A stretch of 64,000 nucleotides of DNA from Gemmatimonadaceae bacterium (GCA_036378095.1 DASUXC010000084.1:19805-83804); one strand, 5' to 3'. Numbered from the stretch's first letter, positions 18,229 through 27,031 are shown. Translations and numbers: made by a program. Notes: a model not told the origin generated them from the letters alone.

Positions 18229-18843
18229 ATGCGCGTCAGGCTTCTCGCTCTCCTCGCCCTGTGCGGCGTCGTGACGCCCGCGTTGCGCTCGCAGAGCACC
18301 CCCGTCCCGGTCGAGCCGGAGAGCCGCATCTGGTTCGACGGCACCGCCACGCTGCACGGGTTCACGTGCACCGCCGGCGAGTTCGCCGCCGAAGTCCAGC
18401 CGGCGGCGGCGCACCAGGACAGCACGAGCCGACGCCCCGTTCAGCGCCGTGGCACCCTCACCATCCCCGTGCGCCGGCTCGAGTGCGGCGACGGGAAGAT
18501 GGAGAAGAGCATGCGCAAGGCGCTGCGAGCGGACGAGAACCCGGACATCCGCTTCGAGCTCGTCGAGTACGACCTCGCGCGCCAGAGCGACGACAGCGCG
18601 ACCGTGCGCGCCGACGGCACCCTCGAGTTGGCGGGGGAGACGCGCTCGGTCTCGCTCGTCGTGGGCGCGAAGCGCCGCGCGGATGGCGCCGTACGCCTGA
18701 CGGGGAGCCGCGCGCTGTACATGACCGACTTCGGCATCACGCCGCCGACGGGGCTCCTCGGCCTCATCAAGGCGGGCAATCGCATCGTGGTTCGCTTCGA
18801 CGTGGTGGTCCCGGCCGAGCGGCTGGCCACCGCGAGCAGATGA
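18229..18843 (+). CDS. YceI-like periplasmic protein
   Basis: Inner ATG (MRVRLLALLALCGVV, signal peptide) of ORF 18082..18843. WFDGTATLHGFTCTAGEF...GTLTIPVRRLECGDGKMEKSMRKALRADENPDIRFEL...GTLELAGETRSVSL. Paralog of 29701..30348. Confidence 0.78.
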   Translation: MRVRLLALLALCGVVTPALRSQSTPVPVEPESRIWFDGTATLHGFTCTAGEFAAEVQPAAAHQDSTSRRPVQRRGTLTIPVRRLECGDGKMEKSMRKALRADENPDIRFELVEYDLARQSDDSATVRADGTLELAGETRSVSLVVGAKRRADGAVRLTGSRALYMTDFGITPPTGLLGLIKAGNRIVVRFDVVVPAERLATASR

Positions 18844-18938
18844 GCTTCACTCACCAGGGGATGGCACCCATGCCCGTACGCGTCAGTGCCGCTCCGTACG
18901 CCCTCCGACCCTCAAACATCGCATCGGAGCATCGTCAT

Positions 18939-20246
18939 ATGAAACGCCGTCTCGCCCTCGCGCTCACCGCGCTCGTACTGCCGGCCACCGCCTCGCGCCT
19001 GGCCGCGCAAGACGGATCCGTGCTGCGCGCGCCGATCCAGCACATCCGTCCGGCCGATCAGAGCGGGATCAACGTCTTCGAGTCGCCGAAGACCGACTCC
19101 ACCCCGTTCAACGGCCTGGCGCTCTCGGTCGGCGCCGCGTTCACGCAGCAGTTCCAGGGACTCAAGCACGCCAACGCGGCGTCGCCGAACATGGTGGATG
19201 GCAAGGACGCGAACAAGTTGATCGACATCGGGAAGGGATTCAACAACGCGACCGCGAACCTGATGCTGAACGCCCAGCTCGCGAAGGGGATCCGCGTCCA
19301 GCTCACCAGCTACCTCTCGGCGCGCCACCATCAGGAGACGTGGGTGAAGGATGGCTACCTGCTCGTCGATGCGTCGCCGCTCGACGTCAAGGTGCTGAAC
19401 GACATCATGAAGGTCGTGACCCTCAAGGTGGGGCACTTCGAGATCAACTACGGCGACCAGCACTTCCGCCGCTCGGACAACGGGAACGCGATGTACAACC
19501 CGTTCGTCGGCAACCTGATCATGGATGCCTTCACGACGGAGGTGGGGGGCGAGGTGTACGTTCGCACCGGTCCCTTCCTGGCCATGGGCGGGATCACCGG
19601 CGGCGAGGTGCGCGGCAGCGTGCAGAACCCGAGCAAGCGCGGGCCGTCGTACCTGGCGAAGCTGGGCTTCGACAAGCAGATGGACCCGGCGCTGCGCGTC
19701 CGCCTCACGGGGTCGCTGTACAAGAACGGGAAGTCGAACAGCAACACGCTGTACAGCGGCGACCGCGCCGGCTCGCGCTACTACGACGTGATGGAGAACA
19801 TCACGTCCACCGAGACCGCGCAGGCCTGGTCGGGTGAGATCCAGCCCGGCTTCAAGAACAAGGTGACGGCGATGGTGCTCAACCCCTTCATCAAGTACCA
19901 CGGGCTCGAGCTGTTCGGCAACATCGAGCGCGCCAAGGGTCGCGCCTCCACGGAGGCGGCGGATCGCACCTGGCACCAGTACGCGGGCGACGCGGTGTAC
20001 CGCTTCGGGCCGTCGGAGAAGTTCTACGTGGGCGGCCGCTACAACACGGCCAACGGCTGGCTCGCGGGGATCACCGACGAGGTGCGCGTGAACCGCGTGC
20101 AGGCGGGCGGCGGCTGGTTCGTGACGCGCAACGTGCTCGCCAAGGCGGAGTACGTGGACCAGCGCTACAAGGACTTCCCGGTCACCGACATCCGGCACGA
20201 CGGTCGCTTCCACGGCTTCATGGTGGAGGGCGTGGTCGGCTTCTGA
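18939..20246 (+). CDS. Outer-membrane beta-barrel porin-like protein
   Basis: Inner ATG (MKRRLALALTALVLPATASRLAAQ, signal peptide) of ORF 18174..20246. Alternating beta-strand pattern, ending ...FHGFMVEGVVGF with a terminal Phe. Confidence 0.75.
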   Translation: MKRRLALALTALVLPATASRLAAQDGSVLRAPIQHIRPADQSGINVFESPKTDSTPFNGLALSVGAAFTQQFQGLKHANAASPNMVDGKDANKLIDIGKGFNNATANLMLNAQLAKGIRVQLTSYLSARHHQETWVKDGYLLVDASPLDVKVLNDIMKVVTLKVGHFEINYGDQHFRRSDNGNAMYNPFVGNLIMDAFTTEVGGEVYVRTGPFLAMGGITGGEVRGSVQNPSKRGPSYLAKLGFDKQMDPALRVRLTGSLYKNGKSNSNTLYSGDRAGSRYYDVMENITSTETAQAWSGEIQPGFKNKVTAMVLNPFIKYHGLELFGNIERAKGRASTEAADRTWHQYAGDAVYRFGPSEKFYVGGRYNTANGWLAGITDEVRVNRVQAGGGWFVTRNVLAKAEYVDQRYKDFPVTDIRHDGRFHGFMVEGVVGF

Positions 20247-20274
20247 TCCGGTGGTGGTCGACCACGAGCGGGAC

Positions 20275-20308
20275 GCCACGGGCGGCTCTCCGGAGAGCCG
20301 CCCGTGGC
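20275..20308 (+). terminator. Strong hairpin after the porin gene
   Basis: GCCACGGGCGGCTCT-ccgg-AGAGCCGCCCGTGGC, a 15-bp perfect stem 29 nt after the stop. No clear U-tract. Confidence 0.55.
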
Positions 20309-20415
20309 GCATCCATACCCGACGGTTGGGCACGACACGTGCACTTCTCCGCGGACGACATGGAAGCCGCCGGCCATCGGTCCGCGGCACGATCTCTCAT
20401 TGGGAGACACCACGC

Positions 20416-21300
20416 ATGAGAAGCGCACCTCTCGTCTCCGGGCGCATGGTCGCGCTCGTCTTCGCCGGCGCCGTTGCCGCGGCCTGTGGCAGCGACTCCT
20501 CGACACAACCCAAGACCGTCGCCAGCGTGACCGTGAGTCCCGCGAAGGACACCGTCCAGACGGGCGAGACGGCGCAGTTCACTGCCGAGCTCAAGGACGC
20601 CAACGGCAACGTGCTCACGGGGCAGTCGGTGACGTGGACCTCGAGCGACACGGATGCGGCCCCCATCTCCGCGTCCGGCGCGGTGGCGGCGATCCTCCCC
20701 GGGACGTCGACGATCACCGCCACCGCCGGGGGCGTCTCGAACACCGCCGATCTCACCATCCTCGCCGGTGCCGCGCACCAGCTCTCCGAGGGCGAGCGGA
20801 TCGGCGACTCCACCTTCGCCCCCGGCGACGGCCCCAACGGCGGGCAGGGCGACCCGGTGGGCAGCGTGCCGTGCGCCGCCGATGCGGGGCAGCCGGTGGA
20901 ACACCGGCACTCGCACCTCACGCTCATCGCCAACGGGCAGCAGATCGCGATCCCGCTCGCCATCGGCGTGATGAACCCCATCTACAACGACACCAACGAG
21001 GCGTTCGCCGGCACGTGCTTCTACTGGCTGCACACGCACGACCAGACGGGGATCATCCACGTGGAGCCGTTCGAGGGGGGACACACGTTCACGCTCGGTG
21101 ACTTCTTCGACATCTGGGGGCAGCCGCTGACGGCGAGCGGTGTAGCGGGGTACAGCGGGAGCGTGGCGGCGTACGTGGACGGGAAGCGCTTCACCGGCGA
21201 TCCGCGCTCGATCGTGCTCGCCGATCACCAGCAGATCACGCTCGAGGTGGGAGCTCCCCTCGTGGCGCCGCCGATCTACACCTGGCCCAATGGCTATTAA
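20416..21300 (+). CDS. Lipoprotein with Big_2 (bacterial Ig-like) domain and a His-rich C-terminal domain of unknown function
   Basis: Inner ATG of ORF 20251..21300. Lipobox LVFAGAVAAAC-GS. Big_2 block VASVTVSPAKDTVQTGETAQFTAELKDANGNVLTGQSVTWTSSD. C-terminal EHRHSHLTLIANGQQIAIP...CFYWLHTHDQTGIIHVE...FTLGDFFDIWGQPL. The 3' end overlaps the kaiC start by 11 nt. Confidence 0.75.
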   Translation: MRSAPLVSGRMVALVFAGAVAAACGSDSSTQPKTVASVTVSPAKDTVQTGETAQFTAELKDANGNVLTGQSVTWTSSDTDAAPISASGAVAAILPGTSTITATAGGVSNTADLTILAGAAHQLSEGERIGDSTFAPGDGPNGGQGDPVGSVPCAADAGQPVEHRHSHLTLIANGQQIAIPLAIGVMNPIYNDTNEAFAGTCFYWLHTHDQTGIIHVEPFEGGHTFTLGDFFDIWGQPLTASGVAGYSGSVAAYVDGKRFTGDPRSIVLADHQQITLEVGAPLVAPPIYTWPNGY

Positions 21301-22738
21301 GGCACCAACCGGCATCCGCGGTCTCGACGAGATCACCGGCGGTGGGCTGCCGGCCGGGCGCCCCACGCTGGTGTGCGGCGGTCCGGGCTGCGGGAAGACG
21401 CTCCTGGCGATGGAGTTTCTCGTGCGCGGCGCCACGGATGCCGGCGAGCCCGGAGTGTTCGTCGCGTTCGAGGAGACGGTGGCCGACCTCGCGGCGGACG
21501 TCGCGTCGCTCGGCTTCGACCTCGACCAGCTCATTGCCCAGGGGAAGCTGCGCGTCGACCACGTGCGCGTGCTGCGCTCCGAGATCGACGAGGCCGGAGA
21601 CTACGACCTGGAGGGGCTGTTCGTCCGCCTCGGCCACGCGATCGACAGCATCGGCGCGAAGCGCGTGGTGCTCGACACGATCGAGACGCTCTTCTCCGCC
21701 TTCTCCAACGAGGCCATCCTGCGCGCCGAGCTGCGCCGGCTGTTCGGATGGCTCAAGGAGCGCGGCGTGACCGCGGTGATCACCGCCGAGCGCGGAGAGG
21801 GCACGCTCACCCGGCAAGGGCTGGAGGAGTACGTCTCCGACTGCGTGATCCTGCTCGACCACCGCGTGAACGGGCAGGTGAGCACCCGGCGCCTTCGCGT
21901 GGTGAAGTACCGCGGCTCCTCGCACGGCACGAACGAGTTCCCGTTCATCATCGAGGACGGCGGGCTGACGGTGCTCCCGATCACCTCGGTCGGCCTCTCG
22001 TACGGTGTGAGCGAGGAGCGCATCTCGACGGGGGTGGCCGGGCTGGATGACATGCTCGGCGGCCTCGGCTTCTACCGGGGGAGCAGCATCCTCGTCTCCG
22101 GCAGCGCCGGCACGGGAAAGTCGCTGCTGGCGGCGCACTTCGTGGACGCCGCCTGCCGGCGCGGCGAGGGCGCGCTGTACTGCGCGTTCGAGGAATCGCC
22201 GGCGCAGATCATGCGCAACGCCCGCGCGACGGGGGTGAGGCTGGCGGAGCACGTGGAGCGCGGCCTGCTTCGATTCCACGCGGTGCGCCCCACCATGTAC
22301 GGGCTCGAGGCGCATCTGGCCCGGATCGTGAAGGACATCGACATGTTCCGGCCGCGCGTCGTGGTGCTCGATCCCCTCACGGCGTTCCTCGGCGCCGCCA
22401 TGCAGCCCGATGTGCTCGCGATGGCGACCCGTCTCATCGACTCGCTCAAGCTCGTCGGGATCACGGCGATGATGACGAGTCTCAACGGCCGTGACGAGAC
22501 GGTCCTGGGGGAGAGCGACGTCGGCGTCTCATCGCTGGTGGACTCGTGGATCTGCCTCCGCGATGTCGAGCGGCACGGTGAGCGCCACCGCGGCCTCTAC
22601 GTTCTCAAGTCCAGGGGCATGGCGCACTCCAACCGGATTCGCGAGTTTCTCATCTCGAGCCAGGGGATCCGACTGGGCGAACCCAACCCGGGTGACGAGC
22701 GGGAAGGGTGGCAAGTGGAGTTCATCGAACGGCAATGA
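21290..22738 (+). CDS. kaiC: Circadian clock protein KaiC homolog (double RecA-like ATPase)
   Basis: 482-aa [24 protein letters not shown]. Walker A GGPGCGKT (CI) and GSAGTGKS (CII). Catalytic EE pairs VAFEE and CAFEE. C-terminal [44 protein letters not shown]. Confidence 0.92.
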   Translation: MAIKAPTGIRGLDEITGGGLPAGRPTLVCGGPGCGKTLLAMEFLVRGATDAGEPGVFVAFEETVADLAADVASLGFDLDQLIAQGKLRVDHVRVLRSEIDEAGDYDLEGLFVRLGHAIDSIGAKRVVLDTIETLFSAFSNEAILRAELRRLFGWLKERGVTAVITAERGEGTLTRQGLEEYVSDCVILLDHRVNGQVSTRRLRVVKYRGSSHGTNEFPFIIEDGGLTVLPITSVGLSYGVSEERISTGVAGLDDMLGGLGFYRGSSILVSGSAGTGKSLLAAHFVDAACRRGEGALYCAFEESPAQIMRNARATGVRLAEHVERGLLRFHAVRPTMYGLEAHLARIVKDIDMFRPRVVVLDPLTAFLGAAMQPDVLAMATRLIDSLKLVGITAMMTSLNGRDETVLGESDVGVSSLVDSWICLRDVERHGERHRGLYVLKSRGMAHSNRIREFLISSQGIRLGEPNPGDEREGWQVEFIERQ

Positions 22739-22793
22739 CACCGCCGCCGCTCACGCCGTGCGCGGCGCGGCCACCCTTTTTCGAGTGCGCTTC

Positions 22794-23123
22794 ATGAGCA
22801 CATCCAAGGCGCCCGGCGCGGCGCCCACCCTGTCGGAACCCGCGGTCGAGCAGTGGGATCTGCGGCTCTACGTGGCCGGGCAGTCTCCGCGCTCGCTCGC
22901 CGCGTTCGCGAACCTCAAGCGGCTGTGCGACGAGCACATTCCCGGTCGCTATCACATCGAGGTGATCGATCTCGTCGCCCACCCGCAGCTCGCGGTCAGT
23001 GACGAGATCGTCGCCCTTCCGACGCTGGTCCGGCGGCTGCCGCCGCCGATCAGGAAGCTCATTGGCGACCTGTCGAACGGCGAGCGCACGCTCGTCGGCC
23101 TCAACATTCGCCCTCGCGCGTGA
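22794..23123 (+). CDS. kaiB: KaiB homolog (copy 1)
   Basis: Inner ATG of ORF 22491..23123. [74 protein letters not shown] is the canonical KaiB pattern. Confidence 0.9.
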   Translation: MSTSKAPGAAPTLSEPAVEQWDLRLYVAGQSPRSLAAFANLKRLCDEHIPGRYHIEVIDLVAHPQLAVSDEIVALPTLVRRLPPPIRKLIGDLSNGERTLVGLNIRPRA

Positions 23124-23151
23124 CCAGCGCGCCACCACGGCGGACGATCTC

Positions 23152-23493
23152 ATGCCCGAGCAGCCTGTCAGCGTCACCGAGGAGTTCGAGCGCGCACTCC
23201 GGGGCGTGCAGCCGAACGCGCGGTACGTGCTCCGGCTGTACGTCGCCGGCTCGAGCGCGCGGTCGCTCCGCGCCGTGGAGAACGTGCAGCGGCTGTGCGA
23301 GGCGTACCTGCCGGGGCGCTACGACCTCGAGGTCATCGACATCTACCAGCTCCCCTGGCTCGCCGAGGCGGGGGAGGTGGTGGCCGCGCCGACGCTGGTG
23401 AAGGAGCTCCCGCTTCCCCTCCGCCGCGTGGTCGGCGACCTCGCCGACGAGGGGCGCGTGCTGATCGCGCTCGGCCTCAGGGTGGCGGCATGA
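23152..23493 (+). CDS. kaiB: KaiB homolog (copy 2)
   Basis: Inner ATG of ORF 22999..23493. YVLRLYVAGSSARSLRAVENVQRLCEAYLPGRYDLEVIDIYQLPWLAEAGEVVAAPTLVKELPLPLRRVVGDLA. The stop overlaps the next ATG (ATGA). Confidence 0.9.
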   Translation: MPEQPVSVTEEFERALRGVQPNARYVLRLYVAGSSARSLRAVENVQRLCEAYLPGRYDLEVIDIYQLPWLAEAGEVVAAPTLVKELPLPLRRVVGDLADEGRVLIALGLRVAA

Positions 23494-25190
23494 GCACGTC
23501 GAGCGACGAGCCCGTCGCGGGATCGACGATCGCGATGGCGGATGCGGCGGCGCGCCCGAACGGCCGGGAGGACAGCCGGCCGGCCGATCCCGGGCTGGAT
23601 GCGCTGCGGATGCGCCTCCAGGAGGCGGAAGAAACGCTGCGGGCGATCCGCCTGGGGGAGGTGGACGCGGTCGTGGTGCAGGGACCGGACGGCCCGCGCA
23701 CCTACACGCTCGTCACCGCCGACCAGGTGTATCGGCAACTCGTCGAGCAGATGCGCGAGGGGGCGCTCACCTTGAGCACCGCCGGCGTCATCCTGTACTG
23801 CAACGCGCGCTTCTCGGCGCTCCTCGGCCGGCCGCACGCGAGCATCGCCGGGCGGCGGCTCCGCGAGCTCGCCGATGCGGGCGATGTGGATCGCCTGCAG
23901 ACGCTGCTCGATGCCGCCGCGACCGGGAGCGCGAGCGGCGAGGTGCGGCTCCGGCGCGGCGACGGCACCCCCATCCCCATGCTCCTCTCCCTCAGCGTGC
24001 TCCGCGCGGAGGCGTTCAACGGGATCTGCGCCGTGGCCACCGATCTCACCGACCGGGATCACCGCGAGCAGCAGGCGGCGGACGAGCGGCTCACGCGGGC
24101 GATCCTCGAGCACGCCGCCGAGGCGATCGTGCTGTGCGATGCCGACGGGCGGATCGCGCGCGCCAACCGGATCGCGGTCGAGCTGAGCGGGGAGGATGTG
24201 GTGGGTCGCCGCTTCGAGGAGGCGTTTCCGGTGGGGATCACGTTCGCCGAGCTCACGGCGCCGACGCACGCCTCGCTCGGCGAGCGCCGCGATGGAAGCT
24301 TCGTGCGGGGCGATGGCCGCCGGGTCCACCTGCTCGTGGGAGCGCGTCCGATCGGTGGCGAGATCGACATCGACGGCGACCGGTGGGTGGTGACGCTGGC
24401 CGACGTCACCGCGCGGCGCGAGGCCGAGGCGGCGCGCGACCGGCTGCTCCAGGCCGAGCGCGCGGCCCGCGCCGACGCGGAGAACGCGAGCCGGGCGAAG
24501 TCGGACTTTCTCGCCGTCATGAGTCACGAGCTCCGGACGCCGCTCAACGCCATCGCCGGCTACGCGGAGCTCATGCAGCTCGGCGTGCCGGAGCCGGTGC
24601 CCGAGGCGCACCGCCCGTATCTCGTCCGGATCCAGGCGGCGCAGCGCCACCTCCTCGCGCTCATCAACAATGTTCTCAACCTCGCGAAGCTCGAGCGGGG
24701 TCACGTGGAATACCAGGTGGAGCCCGTGGCCGTGAGCGAGCTGTGGACCACGGTGGAGGCGCTGGTGTCGCCGCAGATCCACGGCAAGGGGCTCGAGTAC
24801 CGGAGCACGCCGTGCGATCCGTCGCTCGTGGTGATGGTGGATCGCGAGAAGGCGGTGCAGATCCTCCTCAACCTGATCGGCAACGCGGTGAAGTTCACGC
24901 CGGCCGGCGGCCGGGTGACGCTCGATGCCGATCATCTGGGCGACCGGGTGAGCATCCGGGTGCGCGACTCGGGGATCGGGATCGCCCCCGAGAAGCTGGC
25001 ATCGGTGTTCGAGCCGTTCGTGCAGATCGACCGAACGGTCGCGGGTACGAGAGAGGGGGTGGGGCTCGGTCTCTCCATCAGCCGGGAGCTCGCGCGCGGG
25101 ATGGGCGGCGATCTGACCGCGCAGAGCGTGCCGGGTGAGGGGTCGGAGTTCTGCCTGGTGCTGCCGGCGGGGGGAACGGCTCGGGAATAG
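23490..25190 (+). CDS. Cytoplasmic PAS-PAS sensor histidine kinase (candidate Kai output/input kinase)
   Basis: Inner ATG of ORF 23295..25190. Coiled-coil plus IRLGEVDAVVV, two PAS-like blocks, H-box MSHELRTPLN, N-box LLNLIGNAVKF, G-boxes DSGIGI and GVGLGLS. No TM segment. The stop TAG lies in the first GGGAATA unit of E4. Confidence 0.9.
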   Translation: MSTSSDEPVAGSTIAMADAAARPNGREDSRPADPGLDALRMRLQEAEETLRAIRLGEVDAVVVQGPDGPRTYTLVTADQVYRQLVEQMREGALTLSTAGVILYCNARFSALLGRPHASIAGRRLRELADAGDVDRLQTLLDAAATGSASGEVRLRRGDGTPIPMLLSLSVLRAEAFNGICAVATDLTDRDHREQQAADERLTRAILEHAAEAIVLCDADGRIARANRIAVELSGEDVVGRRFEEAFPVGITFAELTAPTHASLGERRDGSFVRGDGRRVHLLVGARPIGGEIDIDGDRWVVTLADVTARREAEAARDRLLQAERAARADAENASRAKSDFLAVMSHELRTPLNAIAGYAELMQLGVPEPVPEAHRPYLVRIQAAQRHLLALINNVLNLAKLERGHVEYQVEPVAVSELWTTVEALVSPQIHGKGLEYRSTPCDPSLVVMVDREKAVQILLNLIGNAVKFTPAGGRVTLDADHLGDRVSIRVRDSGIGIAPEKLASVFEPFVQIDRTVAGTREGVGLGLSISRELARGMGGDLTAQSVPGEGSEFCLVLPAGGTARE

Positions 25191-25283
25191 GGAATCGGGA
25201 ATCGGGAATCGGGAATCGAGAATCGGGAATCGAATGCGCGAGGAGCGTGCTGGCGATTCCCGTTTCCCGATTCCCGAGCCGTT
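25176..25283. repeat. Composite element E4 (GGGAATC family) between convergent genes
   Basis: Left array of 7 heptads at 25183..25231 (gggaata gggaatc x4 gagaatc gggaatc). Right arm cgattcccgtttcccgattcccgagccgt (25254..25282). The outer 13 nt (acggctcgggaat / attcccgagccgt) are a perfect inverted repeat. Confidence 0.88.
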
Positions 25284-27031
25284 CAGAATCCCACCGCCAC
25301 CCCGTCCCCCCGCGAGTCCGCGCCTCCCTCGAGCACGCCGGTGTCCGCGTGCACGCGGATCATCTGGGCGTGTCCCATGTCGGAGGACCAGTCTTCCACC
25401 ACCCGCACGCGATGGCCGCGGCGGCGAAGCTCGCGCGCGACCGCGTGCCCCACGCGTCCCTCCAGCCACAGCAGCTCGCGCGGCGAAGCGAGCGTGCGCC
25501 CCATCACCCATCGCGGCGCGTCGATCGCGCGCTGCACGTCGTGCCGCATGTCCACCAGGCGCGTGATGAGCGCCGAGTGCGTTTGCGGCTGTCCGTTTCC
25601 TCCCATCGTCCCGAACGCCGCCCACGGCGCACCTCGCTCGAGCGCGAGCGCCGGGGAGAGCGTGTGGAACGGTCGCTTCCCCGGCGCGAGCACCCCGGAG
25701 GCGCGCGCGTCGAGCGAGAAGAGCGCGCCGCGATTCTGCAGCAGCACGCCCGTGTCCGCCGCCACCTCCAGGCTTCCGAACGCCAGGTAGATGCTCTCGA
25801 TCGCCGACACCACCAGTCCGTCGGCGTCCACGACGGTGAAGGCGCACGTGTCGCCGCGCGTGCCGCAACCGGCGCCCGCGTCCACGCCTCGCGGCGCGGC
25901 GCGCGGGATCCCCGGCGCCAGATCCGCCGCGGCGATCGCCGCGGCGGGCCGAATGAGCCGGCGCCGCTCCGCCGCATAGTGCTCGTCGAGCAGCCGCGCG
26001 AGGGGAGCCTGCACGAACCGCGGGTCGGCGCACCACGCATCGCGGTCGGCGTAGGCGAGGCGCGCGGCCTCGGCCTGGTAATGGTAGTAGTCGGCCGAGG
26101 CATCCCCCCACGCGGCGACGTCGAACCCCTCGAGCAGCGCGAGGATCTCGAGCGCGGCGAACCCCTGCGAGTTCGGCGGCATCTCCTGGACCGTGATGCC
26201 GCGGTACGAGGTCGCGATCGGCTCGGTCCACTCCGCGCGGTACGCGGCGAGGTCGGCGGCCCGGAGGGGGGAGCCGAGCGCGGCGACGTCGCGGCACGTG
26301 CGCTCCGCGAGCTCCCCATCGTAGAAGGCGCGCGGCCCCTCGCGCGCGATGCGATCGAGCGTCGCGGCGAGGGCGGGCCGAGCGAGCGGCTCCCCCAGGG
26401 CCGGTACCCGTCCGCCCGGCAGGAACTCGCGCGCCGCGCTCGGGTGTTGGCGGATCGGCTCGGCGCTCGAGGCGAGCGCGCGGGCGAGCGAGCGTCCCAC
26501 GGGCACGCCCTCCCGGGCCCAGCGAACGGCGTCGGCGAGGAGCTCGCCCCAGGCGAGGCGGCCGAACCGCTCGTGCGCCGCGCGCCAGCCATCCACGGCG
26601 CCGGGCACGGTGAGGGTGGCGAGCGCGCCGCGCTCGGGGATGCGCCGCCCGCGCCCGCGCGCCGCGTAGTAGTCAGGCGTGGCGAGGCGCGCGGCCGGGC
26701 CGCTCGCGTTGAGGGCGAGCGTACGAGCGCTCCGCGGGTCGTGAACGAGCCAGAAGCCGTCGCCCCCGATCCCGGTCATGTGCGGGGACGTCACGCCGAG
26801 CGCGGCGGCGATGGCGATCGCCGCATCCACGGCGCTGCCGCCCACCCGCAGGACTCGGAGCCCGGCCGCGCTCGCCAGCGCGTGCGGCGAGGCCACCATC
26901 GCCGTGGGGGCGAACACCGGGGCGCGAGGGGTGACGAGCGCGGCGGTGCCGCGGCGAGCGCGCGGGATGGTCACGAGGCACAAGGTACGGCTCGCCAGGG
27001 GAGATGCCAATGCATCTGTCCATCTGGTCAT
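25283..27031 (-). CDS. ggt: Gamma-glutamyltransferase family protein
   Basis: 582-aa ORF. MVASPHALASAAGLRVLRVGGSAVDAAIA, TGIGGDGF, nucleophile-Thr block GDTCAFTVVDADG, TMGGNGQPQ. The start may be an internal Met. Confidence 0.85.
   Translation of the reverse strand: MTRWTDALASPLASRTLCLVTIPRARRGTAALVTPRAPVFAPTAMVASPHALASAAGLRVLRVGGSAVDAAIAIAAALGVTSPHMTGIGGDGFWLVHDPRSARTLALNASGPAARLATPDYYAARGRGRRIPERGALATLTVPGAVDGWRAAHERFGRLAWGELLADAVRWAREGVPVGRSLARALASSAEPIRQHPSAAREFLPGGRVPALGEPLARPALAATLDRIAREGPRAFYDGELAERTCRDVAALGSPLRAADLAAYRAEWTEPIATSYRGITVQEMPPNSQGFAALEILALLEGFDVAAWGDASADYYHYQAEAARLAYADRDAWCADPRFVQAPLARLLDEHYAAERRRLIRPAAAIAAADLAPGIPRAAPRGVDAGAGCGTRGDTCAFTVVDADGLVVSAIESIYLAFGSLEVAADTGVLLQNRGALFSLDARASGVLAPGKRPFHTLSPALALERGAPWAAFGTMGGNGQPQTHSALITRLVDMRHDVQRAIDAPRWVMGRTLASPRELLWLEGRVGHAVARELRRRGHRVRVVEDWSSDMGHAQMIRVHADTGVLEGGADSRGDGVAVGF

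Noticed and set aside
18024-18229. Possible small RNA or hairpin (GGCTGA-15 nt-TCAGCC) in an AT-richer patch upstream of yceI
   Set aside because: It has only a 6-bp stem and no conserved motif recognised. It is more likely part of the yceI promoter region.
20246-25283. A kaiA gene or a SasA-type KaiB-like N-terminal domain on the kinase
   Set aside because: There is no unassigned ORF in or next to the operon. The kinase N-terminus is a coiled coil plus PAS, not thioredoxin-like.
25135-25566. ORFs translating the heptad arrays (for example ...[17 protein letters not shown]...)
   Set aside because: A 7-nt period cycles through all three frames, giving 7-aa pseudo-repeats in any ORF that crosses an array. 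These ORFs otherwise overlap real genes.
23343-26297. 984-aa - strand ORF
   Set aside because: It spans the kaiB2/kinase region, element E4 and part of ggt on the wrong strand or frame. It is a non-protein-like Arg/Ala/Pro polymer.
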